Of a stretch of DNA of 64,000 nucleotides, positions 30,763 through 44,244 are shown piece after piece. Source of the DNA: the human T2T-CHM13v2.0 reference genome, Homo sapiens. Each line of letters opens with the position of its first letter. The first letter of the stretch is position 1. The translations under genes and the position numbers were made by a program. Location of the stretch: NCBI RefSeq assembly GCF_009914755.1, contig NC_060926.1. One strand, 5' to 3'. The notes below the pieces were generated by a model. That model made no database searches. It saw nothing but the letters and a program-made list of their open reading frames with translations, and was not told the origin of the DNA.

Positions 30763-31056
30763 GTAAGTTTGTTAATTCATTGTTTTCTGTTTGTACTTTA
30801 AATTTATCAACCAGTGGAAATCTTTTCTTTTGTCTAAAGAAATTCTGATTTTTTAATTCATACACACTGATTAATAGATATGTTAAACATTAAAGAATAA
30901 AATCCCTCTGTGCTTACATCTGAATTTGGAAATCATTTTGAGTTTTAAGTAACTTTTGGAACATTTGATATTTATGTAGTATAGGATTTTGTATAGCACT
31001 TATACTTTATTACATAGCTAAAAGGTGGTGGATTACTATACCCAAATGAGATTTCC

Positions 31057-31351
<295 letters not shown>

Positions 31352-31886
31352 GAGATTTACTTTTAAAGGTCCAGTGGCCCTAATGCCCAGGAGTAGTCTT
31401 CTGAAATTTTTCAGAATCAAATCTAATGCCTTTACTTTCATATAGTTTTTATTAAAGAATTCTGTGTAGTTCTGCCTCCTTAATACTCTTACTTTTCTCC
31501 CACTGTTAGTATTTAAATGATCACCACCTCTAGCGTGAAGACTTTTAACAATCTCCTGTTATATTTACTGTCCTGTATCTCCTGTCCCTATACTCTTCTA
31601 ATCTAGCTTCTCTCCAAAAGAACTTCTAGAGTAGGATTTTTCAGCTGATTCCACAGACAGATGCTAGTGTCTTGTTATCTTGTCAGGTGTGTAAAAAAGA
31701 AATGTTGGATAGCTTGTTAAAATAGAGATCCCAAGGCTCAACATCCGGCCTAGCTGAAGTATCCACCTGTCTGACAACCTACCTGTATGAGAATCTCTGG
31801 GTGTGAAGTCTGGTGATTTGTATTTTTAAAGAGTTCCCTGTGTGATTCTGAAACATCACCAGCTTTAAGACTGACTATAAGATTGA

Positions 31887-32390
31887 CTGCTTTTCATTGA
31901 TTCTGAGATGCACTGTTTTCATCTTTGCAGTGAAATTGCATCTTAAATTGCTGTTGTTCAGGATTGAAGTCTTGTTCTTCTAAAGAGAATTTTCATTTGT
32001 TTCTACCAGGCATTTGGGGACACTACCAACCGGAGACCACGTTAAAGTTTTTGCTTGTTTGTTTTGTTCATTTGTTTTTGGACCACAGTATTAGCTTTAA
32101 TTTAGGCTGCAGATCTGCTCAAGGTTCAGTTCTCAGGAAGATTTTTTGCTTCTCCTTTCTACCTAAGGGCAAGTTGAGAAATACAAAATTCTTTGCTTTC
32201 CCTTTCTGCATGGCTAATTTATTTCTTTAATCTTACACTGAGGGCATAGCCCTTTGGTAATGTATCTTTATTCAGTAGCATTCTATACTAATATTAACAC
32301 ACAAGCATAAAGCTTTTTTCTTTCTTATGGTATATATAGTAATGTTGTGTCTTTTAATTGATGGCAGTTTAGATTTGATAGAATTCAATA
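31887..32390. mobile_element. TcMar-Tc2 (Kanga/MER104-like) termini enclosing an old L1M-like fragment
   Basis: ttttcattgattctgagatgcac at the left end and ttgatggcagtttagatttgatagaa at the right end resemble the Tc2 TIRs. Confidence 0.5.
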
Positions 32391-32559
32391 ATAGTCATAT
32401 TCTCTAGTATGAATATTAGGTTCTTTGTAATTTGTTCCCGCTTTCTCCTTTAACGTCATTTATTTTTGCTCTTCCCTTCACTCTGTGTACCATAGGGACT
32501 ACGAAAATTACCCTCATTCACCTTCTTTCATATTTAACATTTCCTTGGATGTGCTATTG

Positions 32560-34480
32560 AAGTCTTCTTTCCCTTCCTATAGCTCATTAAAGACTTAACT
32601 CCCTTATGAAAGCCACCTTGACTTTTCTCACTCTACCTGTCTTCTTTGCTTATCGTAGTATCTTTTACATACTTCTGTTAGAGGACTCACCATACTTTAT
32701 TGCAATTATTTGTAACCATTCTTTCTCTCCTTTTAGACTGTGAGCTCCTTGAGGGCAGGAACTATATATTTTATTTTCTTTTGTGTTTTCAGAGTAAAGT
32801 GCTTGGTTTATAGATGCTCAATAAATGATGTGTTTGTCGACTGAATTGTTTTAAAATGGCTTTAAAAAGTCTTTTGGTGGTACAGCCATTTTCCACAGAT
32901 TTCTTTTCTCTGAAATAGTCTAGAGAAACACACATGCGAAAATTATTTATGTATATTTTTTTCTCCTGTGTTCTTTGACTTTGAGTCCTATTAGCTTTTT
33001 GAATTTGCCTTTACCTTCTATCAGTCAGGAAGGAGATAACTATTCATAATAGAAATTTTAAGGATCTCTCTTAAGCCAAAGTATCAATTATTTTGTATTT
33101 TGATAATATTGCAGTTAGGCAGGAAGACCATTTGTAAAAACCATTCTAGGAAACCAAGAACTAAAAATCGGGTGTAACTCATGTGGGTCAGGCCCATCGA
33201 ATACAATAAACATTATTCTTGTGTTGGTTTTTTTCATTTCATTTTATTCTATTATTGTAAAAAACAATAAAAATAATAGAAATTATTTTACCTTTCATTT
33301 TTTCTTTTAGCTTGTCAGCATATACTGCATACTATACAGTATCTTACTGCACATATGATATTTATTCTGCCTTTCTAGTCATATTTTAAGTTTCTCAGAT
33401 TTTTATATGTAGTCATTTAAAATGCATATACCATTTTCCATCAGTTTGATATTTCACAATTTGCTTATTGGACTTAAGATTATCTGTACTAAATTTTAAA
33501 CTCATTACTGATTTTTTCCAAGGAAGGTTAAAAAAAATTTTTTTTATGTAACTTTTTGCTAAGCCTTTAAGGAGTTTCAGAAAATTTCACTCTGGATTTT
33601 TCCTTTTCTTCTTTTAATGATAGATTAGAGAGAATCCCCATTCACTTGGCTAGAAAAAAAACATTGTAAAGTTGCCACAGTAGGATGGCCTTGTTCAGGT
33701 TCATCACATACTTGCCTGGGCTTTGGCAGAAGCCTCCTTCTTGCCCTAGTCTTTATACCTTCCAATCCATCATCCACTGCCACTGTTGTAATTACTATCC
33801 ATTTCAAAATTTTCAGTGACTGTCTGTTGACTATAGGATAAAATTTTTAACATCTTTGTGTGATGTATAAGGCACTCCTTTGTGCCTGTCTAGCCATGTT
33901 TCCCTATGTGTTCTTCCACTATGACACCAACCTTATTGAAATGAACTGTTTGAGGGTCTTTTTCTTCCTCTACACTGTAACCTCCTCGCGATCAGGGGCT
34001 CCATCTTATGGTACTTTAGAATTTTTATTACCTAGTACAGTCCCAGAGTGTAGTCTCAGTACACTTTTCCTTCCTAATTTCTTTAACCCATCATGCTTCA
34101 AGCTACACTAATAATGAGATCTTTGTAGCTCTTTGAGTTATGCCTTATTTTGTTATGTCTTCACATAGCCTTTTACTTCTCAACTTGTTAAAATACAACT
34201 TGCCTCCAGGATTACCTTTAGGAGCCTTTTTCTGACGTCTCTCAGCATTGTTCTTGGTACTGTTTGCCCCACCCCTCCTGTGTCCAGTGCGTACTTTCGT
34301 TGTGGCACTGACCACCTTCAGTTGTGATTGTTTGCCCTCTGTTGGGCAGAGTTTATTGAGAGAAGGGACTTTTTTTTCTTTGAATTTCACTGCCTAGTAC
34401 AGTACTTATAGCATGTGGTTAGGTGTGCAGTTAAATATTTGCTGAATAAATAAATGAGTGAAAGAATTAATGAAATTAAA
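32560..34480 (+). mobile_element. L2 remnants (32560-32850 and about 33700-34480)
   Basis: tagactgtgagctccttgagggcagg...gctcaataaatg; tgcctagtacagta...taaatatttgctgaataaataaatgagtgaa. Confidence 0.7.
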
Positions 34481-35171
34481 AGCATATACTCCATGGCATT
34501 TTCGAGCCATCAGTATTTGTTGGACTAAAAATTGTACACAGAATCAAATATAAGGCTAAAATTATTAGTGCATACAGTGAAATTGAGCAACCCGCTGTGT
34601 TAGAAATTAAAAGGTGAGTTCTGTTATTCACCAACTGTTAATTTAGCCCAAAAAGTGCCGAGAAGGAGTTGGGAGTGGACTCCAATCTGTTATGAAAGTG
34701 AGACAAACATTCTTGTTCCTTCTGATCCCTTTCAGTAGCAGTTCTTCATAGTCACCCTTAATCAGCTTTATGCAGAATTTATTGAATCATAACACATTGA
34801 GCTGTCTTTACCAGGTGGGAAGCATCCTGAAGGCACAAAGTCTTTGATGACCTAAGATAGTAAAACACTTCAGTTGTGTGCCACATGCAGAAAAAAACAC
34901 TACCTACTTTCATTAAGTTACATTTACTTTGGGTTCCTCAACCCAAATGTTATAATTTTCATTCCTCTTGGAGTTCAATAATTTTATTAAATTCAGTACC
35001 CAAACTTTTCTCTTTAAGGAAACAACTTTGTTTACATTTCAATAGTATCTTTATTTGATCTCCTATTACCTGTTTTATTTAATATGATAACATTTTACAG
35101 TTGATACTAAATATCTTGGAATTGTAGAACACGAAGGAACTTAACATTCTCCTCCCCCCGCCCAAACCCTG

Positions 35172-35466
35172 GTGACGGAATCTTGCTCTGTTGCCCAGGC
35201 TGGAGTGCAGTGGTGCAATATCTGCTCACCACAACCTTCCTCACCGCCCCCACCAGGTTTAAGCAATTCCTCTGCCTCAGCCTCCAGAGTAGCTGGGATC
35301 ACGGGTGCGTGCCACCACGCCCGGCTAATTTTTGTATTTTTAGTAGAGATAGGGTTTCACCATGTTGGCCAGGCTTATCTTGGACTCCTGGCCTCATGAT
35401 CCGTGATCTGCCCACCTTGGCCTCCTAAAGTGTTGGGATTACAGGCGTGAGCCATCGCACCAGCCT
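35172..35466 (-). mobile_element. AluS with C-rich internal change and no poly(T)
   Basis: tgacggaatcttgctctgttgcccaggctggagtgcagtgg...gtgagccatcgcaccagcc. Confidence 0.85.
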
Positions 35467-36555
35467 GACATTGTTTCTTAAGTATTCTGAAGTTAATTTG
35501 TATCCAGTTTTGAACTCAGTTAAATAGTTCTTGGTAGCAGGACTCTCTTTTCTTATTTTGAAATGAAAGTTTACTTCCCCCATCTCATTCCCTTAGTCTT
35601 ACAAACATAGAACAGTAGACGGTCCTGACTGAAAGAAGAGTTCAGGAGAAAGGATAGGTGGAGTAATAACTTGTCATCTGTCAGGCAGAGAGAGGAATGC
35701 ACTCAAAGGGAATTGAAATGTACCGTTTGTGTCTGCTTCCAAGATTTTAAGCCCTAGCAAAATGCCTGTGTGTGGACACTGCTGTACACTTCTGTACAAC
35801 TTGAAGCTGACTCCTCAGACTGATAAAGCTGACTGTTGTCAAGTCTACATTGGAAAAGAGAAAAAGTTACACTTACCAACATAAAGTGGACCTGTGTATA
35901 CCACTAGGTTTTTCAGCATGGTTAAAATAGATGCTGGCCTGACATCCAACTTCAGTCTCATTATCCTTGGAAATGTCTTTTGATATTCTCTGCATTATGC
36001 AAAAAATGATAATTGACCTGTTCTTTCAGGGCAAACATATTTTGATTGGAAAGAGTTGGGGAGGATTCAGAACAAATGAAGAGCATTGTTTTGTTTATAC
36101 AGTAAGACTTATTGGTAGAAAGGATGCATTCCAGGAACATCATTTTCTTGTAAAAAAAATACTATTGGATGTGTATTAAGAAATTGGACATAAATTCTGT
36201 GAAAGGACATCACATATTCAAATAAATAAAGACTGGTAAAACAATGCCATGGGTACAGAAGCAGATTTTGTCAGATTTGTGGAGAACACATTACAGGTGA
36301 AGCTGGATCTCAATTTCAGGTGATTAGAAGGGACAGGGAATAAGGCCAGCCCCTGAGGGCAACCCACATTCAGATCAGCTAGCTCTAAGGATATTCCTCT
36401 CTCCTCAGATTGTGCACTAGCTGCAACCGTGTCCTATTCTTGGGCAAAGCTGTGAGTGTGGACATGGGCTGAAATGGTAGAGTTGTATCTGGGTAGGTAC
36501 TAATCCAGGAAGGAGGAGAAGCCTCCAAACCTAGAAGATAATAGATATGAAAGGA

Positions 36556-36688
36556 GGCCAGGCACAGTGGCTCACACCTGTTATCCCAGCACTTTGGGAG
36601 GCCAGTGTGGGAGGATCACTTGAGTCCAGAAGTTGAAAACTAGTTTGGACAACACAGTGAGACCTTGTCACTACAGGAGAAAAAAAAG
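36556..36688 (+). mobile_element. FLAM_C / Alu monomer
   Basis: Single left arm ending in an A-tail. Confidence 0.82.
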
Positions 36689-37354
36689 GTAATGCCAGAC
36701 ATTGTGTGAAAAGCAAACTAATCATTGGGTAGTCTGAGATAAATGAAAGAGAAGCCTGAGTTTAAAGGAGAACGCCCCTTCAGGCTATGTGCATTTATTT
36801 ATGTCCACTTTTCAAAAAAGAAAAAAAGGCATTTGCAGTGACTTAGAGTAAAATACAATGCAATAAATTAAAGACCATGGTTAAAGAAATCAGGGAGAGA
36901 ATAAAGACACTATAATAAGGTAAATTTGATGTATAGTGGCACATATTTTAGCCATGATGTGATTACAAAATATAAAAGCAGTATTGGTCATAAAGGGTGC
37001 ATGATTCTTGGTCTTCAAGCATTTTGAACCCTCCTATGGGGCCTCCCAAAGAAGATACCCTGAGGTAACTCAGCAGAACTGATTGTGTTAGGAGGAGTTA
37101 CCAAAGATAGGCCTTCAGCATATTCACCTAGCAACTAATATCTCCATAAATGATTCTCCAATGATGCCACACTCCCCTGAGAGCACCTTACAGCATCTTG
37201 TTTCCCCTACCTTAAGAGACTAAAGGAAATTTGCCTTCTCATCTTACTCAGTAACATAATTCCATGGGCTGTCTACCTACAAAAATATTTTCTCATATGT
37301 TTATTTCTTGAAAATTTTAAAGAAGTCTAAACTTTTCCTTCCACAGTTATGGGT

Positions 37355-37600
37355 AAAAGATAGTAAAATAACATTTACTGACCTCTGTATTTACATCCTG
37401 TTATGGTTTGCATACATTTTTTGTATACTAAGCCAATTATTGCTCAAAGGAGCCTTCTGGACAGATAATGTATTTCTCCCATTTTAAACCTAAGATTAAA
37501 GAGCCCAGGGTGATGCAGCTAGCAAGTAGTAGAGTCAGAATTCTAATCCAGGCCATCTGGCTCCAGAGTGTGCCTGTTTAACTGTTTTATACTGCCTCTT
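37355..37600 (-). mobile_element. MIR
   Basis: tatttctcccattttaaacc...cagctagcaagtagtagagtcagaattctaatccaggccatctggctccagag. Confidence 0.7.
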
Positions 37601-38744
37601 AGTCATGGTTCATCATTACAAGTTGCAAGTATTTCTACACTTTAAACGTAGAAATTCATTACCATTCAAAGGGGGTTGGTAATAGAATCAGTAATGGATT
37701 CTTTTTTTTTTTTCAATGGATAAATTGCAGGGTAGAGGCAGGTTGCTTGCTGATAGAAAAGGCAGACGTGTATAACTGTGATGATGCACTGTTCTCATTT
37801 GGCCTGGCAGAAGATTAATGAATGGAAGAGCACTATGAATGGGTCAGAGAAGAGGTGCCAAAGGGAGAAACTTGAAGAAAAGGGAACCATGAGAGTAATA
37901 CAAGCACACACTTCATATTTTACTGTATTGCCTAGAGTAGTGAGGAGCTCTACTGAAAGGGAGTGAATTTTAGCTTTTGGGAAAGCCTAAGATTCAACTT
38001 TTAAAAGGGCCTTTTGAGTTTTATAAATCAAAGACATTAGAGGGAGAACCACTAGGGCAGCAATACAAGCTGATCCTTAAGTGCTTCCATTCAAACACAT
38101 GCATGCATGTGTGCACGCATACACTAGAAGAACACAAAATAAAAGGGTCAGCCAGGACCTTTGGGTTTTAGGGATTAACTCAGCAGAGCTAGAGAACCCA
38201 TTCTAGTGCCTTTGGGTATACTGGTTTGCTGCAAGTCCAACCTATCTTTGAAAATAATTCCACAATTTGAATAAAGAGAGGCCCAAATTGGGAAAGGGTG
38301 TGTGGCAGTTATTGATTTCTAAGCCTCCAACTAAGCACTGTGCCTGACAAAAAATAAGATTTGCTTTCAATGAAATTGGACCACGTAGGACCTCAGTCAA
38401 GTGGGCTTTATTTTCTCTATATGTTAACAAACAAAAAAAAAAAGGTTACTGTACCTTTCATGGTTTTAGAGGAGGCTAAAGTAGATAGCAAGTGATGTAA
38501 AGAATGAGAGAATGAAAAGGCAGCCTCTATGATGATGATGTTGCTTTTTAAATGAGATGATTTAGTATTAAAAGAATTGTTTCCTCACTAACATTGTTCT
38601 TATTAAGAAACTGAAGTTGTTGTAAATACGCAATCTTCCCTCCATGGAGTTCAGTAAAGCCACCTCCCTGCCCCACCGCCCCCTCTAAAATTGGACCTTG
38701 TTTGAAAAAGTTTTCTCATTACTGGCTTAAGAATCTCCTGTTTT

Positions 38745-39123
<379 letters not shown>

Positions 39124-39554
39124 TTATAATGAAAAGTAAAATGTTAATTGTGGAAAAAAATAATAATTCTGTCTCTCCAAGATAATTAACCCAGATAAAA
39201 GTTGTATTTTCTTCCCTTTTTTTTTTTTTTAAAAAAAAAGCATTATACTCTGTGTATGTGTGTATGTGTTTGTGGCTTTCGCTTTTTCACTGACTGTCAT
39301 AGAGTAAGCATTTTTCCATTGTAATCAAATAATTTTAATAGTCTTTGGAAGCTGTAAATTATTACAAGGAATTAGTTTTATATCCTTCCGTAGTCAGCAG
39401 GGATCTATAAGAGGGCCAGTAATGAAGGTTTTTGTTTCTACCTTAATTATTGAGAAGTTTTAGACCCAGATTATTAGTAAACTAGTAATTTGAATTAGTG
39501 AAATATGAATTTGTATGTCAAGGAAAAATAAGATTTTAGGCTTTTTAAAAAACA

Positions 39555-42530
39555 AATAAACTATATTTTAAAACACGATTTTAGATTTACAAAAAAGCCA
39601 ATAACAAAATTTTCATGTGCTACCCCTACACACTTTCTCCTACTATTAGTATCTTGTATTAGTCAGTACATTTCTTACAGCTAATGATGTTATTAAAGTT
39701 CATAGTTACAGTTTGCTCTTTGTATTGTACAGTTTTATGGATTTTGAAAAATGCGTAACATGGATCCATGATTACAGTATCCTACAGAATAGTTTCATCA
39801 CTCTAAAAACTCCCTGAACTTCGCTGGTACATTCTTCCAAATCCCAGGCAACCACTGATCTTTTTGTTGTCTCTTTAGTTTTGCCTTTCCCAGAATGTCA
39901 AATAGTTGGAATTATATAATACATAGCCTTTTCAGATTCTCTCATGTCTTTTTGTTGCTTGATAGCTCATTTCTTTTTATCATTGAATAATGTTTTATTA
40001 TATGGCTATATCACAGTTTATCCATTCACCTATTAAAAGACATCTTGATTGCTTCCAGTTTCACAGCTATAAATAAAACTGCTCTAAACATTTGTATGTA
40101 GGTTTTTGTGTGGCTGTGAGTTTTCAGCTCAATTGGGTATATACTTAGGAGTGCAATTGCTGTAAACATGTTTAGTTTTATAAGAAGCTGCCAAACTGCA
40201 TGCCAAAGTGGCTGTACCATTTTGCATTCCCACTGACAGTGAATGAAAGTTTCTATTGCCCCGCATCCTTATCATCGTTTGGTTTTGGGTCAGTTTTTGG
40301 ATTTTAGCCATTTTACTAGGTGTGAGATGGTATGTCACTGTTGTAATTTGCCGTTCCCTGATAACATAAGATGTTGATCACCTTTTTGTTTGATTGACAT
40401 TATTTATATATCTTCTTTAGTGTGGTGTCTGTTCAGATCTTTTGCCCATTTCTTTATTGGATTGCTTGTTTTATTGTTGAGTTTTAAGTGTTCTTTATAT
40501 ATTTTAGATACGTGTCCTGTAGAGATATGTATTTTGCATATCTTCTTCCTCTCTGTGCCTTGTCTTTTCATTCACTAACAGTGTCTTTCACAGAGTGAAA
40601 GTTTTTAATTTTAATGAAGTCCAGCTTAACAATTTTTTTACTTTCATGAATTATGTGTTTGGTATTATTTCTAAAAGCTCATCATCAAACCCAAGGTCCC
40701 TGAGATTTTCTCCAGTGTTATTTTCTAAAAGTTTTGTAGACTGCATTTTATATGTAGATCTGTGATCCATTTTGAGTTAATTTTTGTGAAGGGTATAAGT
40801 TCTATATCTAGATTCATTTTTTTTCATATGGGATGTCACCGTTCTAGCACTCGTTGTTGGAAAGACTCCCCCCCTCCCCCCCGCCCCGCATTGAATTGCC
40901 TTTGCTCCTTTGTCAAAGATCTTTTGTCAAAAACTATATTTGTATGGATCTGTATCTGGGCTCTATTCTGTTCCATTGATCTACTTGTTTACTCTTTTGT
41001 CAAATTCTTGCTGTTTTGTTTATAATAGCTTCAGAGTAAGTCTTGGAGTCAAGTAATGTCAGTCCTCTGCCCTTTTTACTTTTTTTTTTTTTTTAGCACC
41101 AGTTGCTCTGAACCTAAGTCCTCTGCCTTTTTTCTTCTTTACTCTTGTATTGGCTCTTTGGGGGCACTTGTCTTTCTATATGAACTAGAATCTATTCATC
41201 ATTGTAACAAAATAACTTACTGGGATTTTTACTGAGACGTTGTTGAATCTGTATCACATTTGAGAAGAATTGACATAATAGTGTCTTCCTGTCCGTGAAC
41301 ATGGAATATCTCTGCATTTTTTTATTTCTTTCATCAGACTTTTGCGATTTTCCTCATATAGATCCTCTGCATGTTTTGTTAGATTGATACTTAAGTGTCT
41401 TTTTTTGTTGTTGTTCTAATGTAAATGGTGTTGTTCCTTAATTTCAAATACCGAGTGTTCATTTTTGGTCTGTAGGAAAGCAACTGACTTTTGTATATTA
41501 ACTTTGTATGCTACAGACTTACTATGCTCTAATTAGTTCCAGGATATTTTTAGTCAATTCTTTGGAATTTTCTACATAGACAGTCTTGTCATCTGTAAGC
41601 AAAGACAGTTTCATTTCGTCCTAATCTGTATACTTTTTATTTCCTTTTCTTGTCTTATTGCATTAGCCAGGACTTCCAGGATGATGTTGCATAGAAGTGG
41701 TGAGAAGGAACATCCTTGCCTTGTTCTTGATCTTAGTAGGAAAGCGTCTGGTTTCTTACACTTGTGATATTAACTGTAGGTTTTCTGTAAAAGTTCTTTA
41801 TCAAGTTGAAGAAATTCTCCTCTATTCTTAGTTTGCTGAGAGTTTTATCATGAAAGAGGGTTAGATTTTGTCAAATGCTTTTTCTACATCTATTGATATG
41901 CTCATGTGATTTTTCTTCTTTAGTCGATGAAGTGGATTAAATTAATTGATTTAGCATGCTGAACAAATCCCACTTGGTCTTGGTGTATAATTTTTATATG
42001 TTGGATTCAGCTTGCTATAATAATACTTTGTTGAGAATTTTTGCATGTATGTTCATGAGAGCTATTCGTCTGTCATTTTCCTTTCTTGTAATATCTTTTT
42101 CTGCTTTAGGATTGGGGTGATGCTGACCTCATAGAATGAGTTAGGAAGTGTTTTCTCTGCTTCTGTTTTCTGGGAGTGATGAGAGAGATTGATAAAATTT
42201 CTTTCCTAAATGTTTGGTAGAATTTATCAGTGAACTCATCTGGGACTGGTGTTTTTTGGGAGGTTTTTTGATTTGACTCTACTTATTATAGATCTATATA
42301 GATTTTCTGTTTCTTCTTTAGTCAGTTTTAGTAGTTTGTGTTTTTGTCCATTTTCTGTAAGTTGTCAATTTATGGCCATATAGTTGTTCTGTGCTTATCA
42401 TAATATACTTTTATTATTGTTTTAATGTCTGTTGGATGAGTAGTGATGACCACTATTTCATTTTTGACATTAGTCATTTGTCTTCTTTTTTTTTTCTTAG
42501 AGATTATTCAGTGTTACTGATCTTTTCAGA
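39555..42530 (-). mobile_element. L1MC/MD-type 3' UTR and ORF2 fragment
   Basis: ORF2 remnants (YHLTPSKMAKI; MVQPLWHAVWQLL); L1MC-like 3' UTR. Confidence 0.8.
41078..41116 (-). other. Micro-insertion: 22 nt plus poly(A), flanked by a TSD
   Basis: agtcctctgcc(c/t)ttttt at 41061 and 41117 flank T15 + agcaccagttgctctgaaccta. Confidence 0.75.
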
Positions 42531-43131
42531 AGTCAGGTGGCTTGTTTTTGTAAACTGATTTCTTATCATTTTAGAAACTTGAAAGCTGTAAAAAGGATTT
42601 TATGTTTTGGTAAGCTTTATTTGTCATTTCAGCAACAAAACAGAAAATCAAAATCTTGTGTTGTTAAATTTACCTAATGTAAAAATAGCTTTTTCTGGGG
42701 ATTAGGAGATGATGAAAATTTGCCTTTTTCTCTCTCTGTTTCATTTTCCCTCACAAATATTCATAGATTAGAGGAATTTCAAAGCCAGTATAAACCTTAG
42801 AAATTGTTCAGTGTAACCCCTGCTGTGATTCTCAAACCCAGAATTAAGAGGTTCTGCAGGGCTTCCCCAGCTCTGAGGGCTAATGAAAGAGCATCTCTGG
42901 AATTGGGCACCAGGAATCTGAACTTCTAACAAATTCTTCACTATTGTTTCTTTTGGGCATATACCCAGAAGTGGATTTTTAACCAGCCTAGTCTCCTGCA
43001 GTGAGAACTGTTATATAGAAGATGACTCAATACTGTGATTTCAGAAATTGGTAACAAGAGGCAAGGACATTAAATGACTTGTATAAGGGACCACACCTGT
43101 TGAATGAAAGCAATGAGATGAAGCCCTAAGT

Positions 43132-43337
43132 CAGGCTTGTTTAATTTGTGGCCCAGGACAGCTTTGAATGCAGTCCAACCCAATTCGTAAACTTTCTTAA
43201 AACACTATGAGATTTTTTTTTTTTGCCATTTTTTCTTTAAGCTCATCAGGCTATCATTAGTGTATTTTATTGGTGGCCCAAGACAATTCTTCTTCTTCCA
43301 GTGTGGCACAGGGAAGCCAAAAGATTGGACACCTCTG
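43132..43337 (-). mobile_element. MER30 (hAT-Charlie)
   Basis: cagggaagccaaaagattggacacctctg terminus; perfect 8-bp TSD ccctaagt at 43124-43131 and 43338-43345. Confidence 0.92.
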
Positions 43338-43929
43338 CCCTAAGTCCTTTGACTGCTTGAAGTCTTCCCACTGTATCATACTTCCTGATATTAAGCATTT
43401 AATGGTGCAGAGCACTATGGGTGATACATGTGTTAAACACAGTCTGTTTTTAAGGAACTTAAAATACAGGATTTTATTTGTTCATCTTAAGGCAGCCATG
43501 CATTATCTCAAAATGAATAAAATGTGTTTGGTATTTTTTTTCCTTGTTGTCCATTTTAGAGTATTTTTGGTAGTCTGTTAATTGTGAACCTTCAATGCAT
43601 CCTTAAGTTTTAATTATTAGCCATTAATCCTTACTCAGAGGAAAGCTTCTGTCCTATTTTTTCCTAAGCTACATGTTTTCTTCCATTTCTGTCAGTTTAT
43701 TAGATTATAGTGCAGTTTTTTTTTAAAAAGTATGTTCTGGGGAGCTTTAGTCACCTTGATACTCCTTGGGATGGTGAAGTCAGTTTTTAAAGCCTGTTTT
43801 TAGTTATATTGTATCAGAATCACCTGTTTGGTTTTTTTTGTTCTAAAGGAAACAAAAAACGTTTCAGGATCCTTTTCTTTGGGAGTGAGGCCTGAAAAAT
43901 GAGGGTTTTTGTTCTTTTGTTAGTAGTAG

Positions 43930-44212
43930 TATTTGAGACAGGGTCTCACTGTGTTGCTCAGGCTGGAGTACAGTGGTGTGATCATGGTTCACTGCAGCTT
44001 TGACCTCCCAGGCTCTAGCACTTCTCCCACCTCAACCTCCTGAGTAGCTGGGACTACAGCTGTGCACCACTATGCCTGGCTAATTTTATTTTAATGCTTT
44101 TAGACACAGGATCTCACTTTATTGCCCATGCTGGTCTCAAACACCTTGGCTCAAGCAGTCCTCCTGCCTTGGACCCCCAAAGTGTTGGGATTACAGGTAT
44201 GAGCCACTGAAT
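43930..44212 (-). mobile_element. AluJ
   Basis: gagacagggtctcactgtgttgctcagg...gatcatggttcactgcagc. Confidence 0.88.
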
Positions 44213-44244
44213 CCATTAAAAAATCAGTTTTAAAAACATGCATT

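Noticed and set aside
41094-41101. TAGCACCA, identical to the miR-29 5' end
   Set aside because: Only 8 nt match, the remainder differs and there is no precursor hairpin
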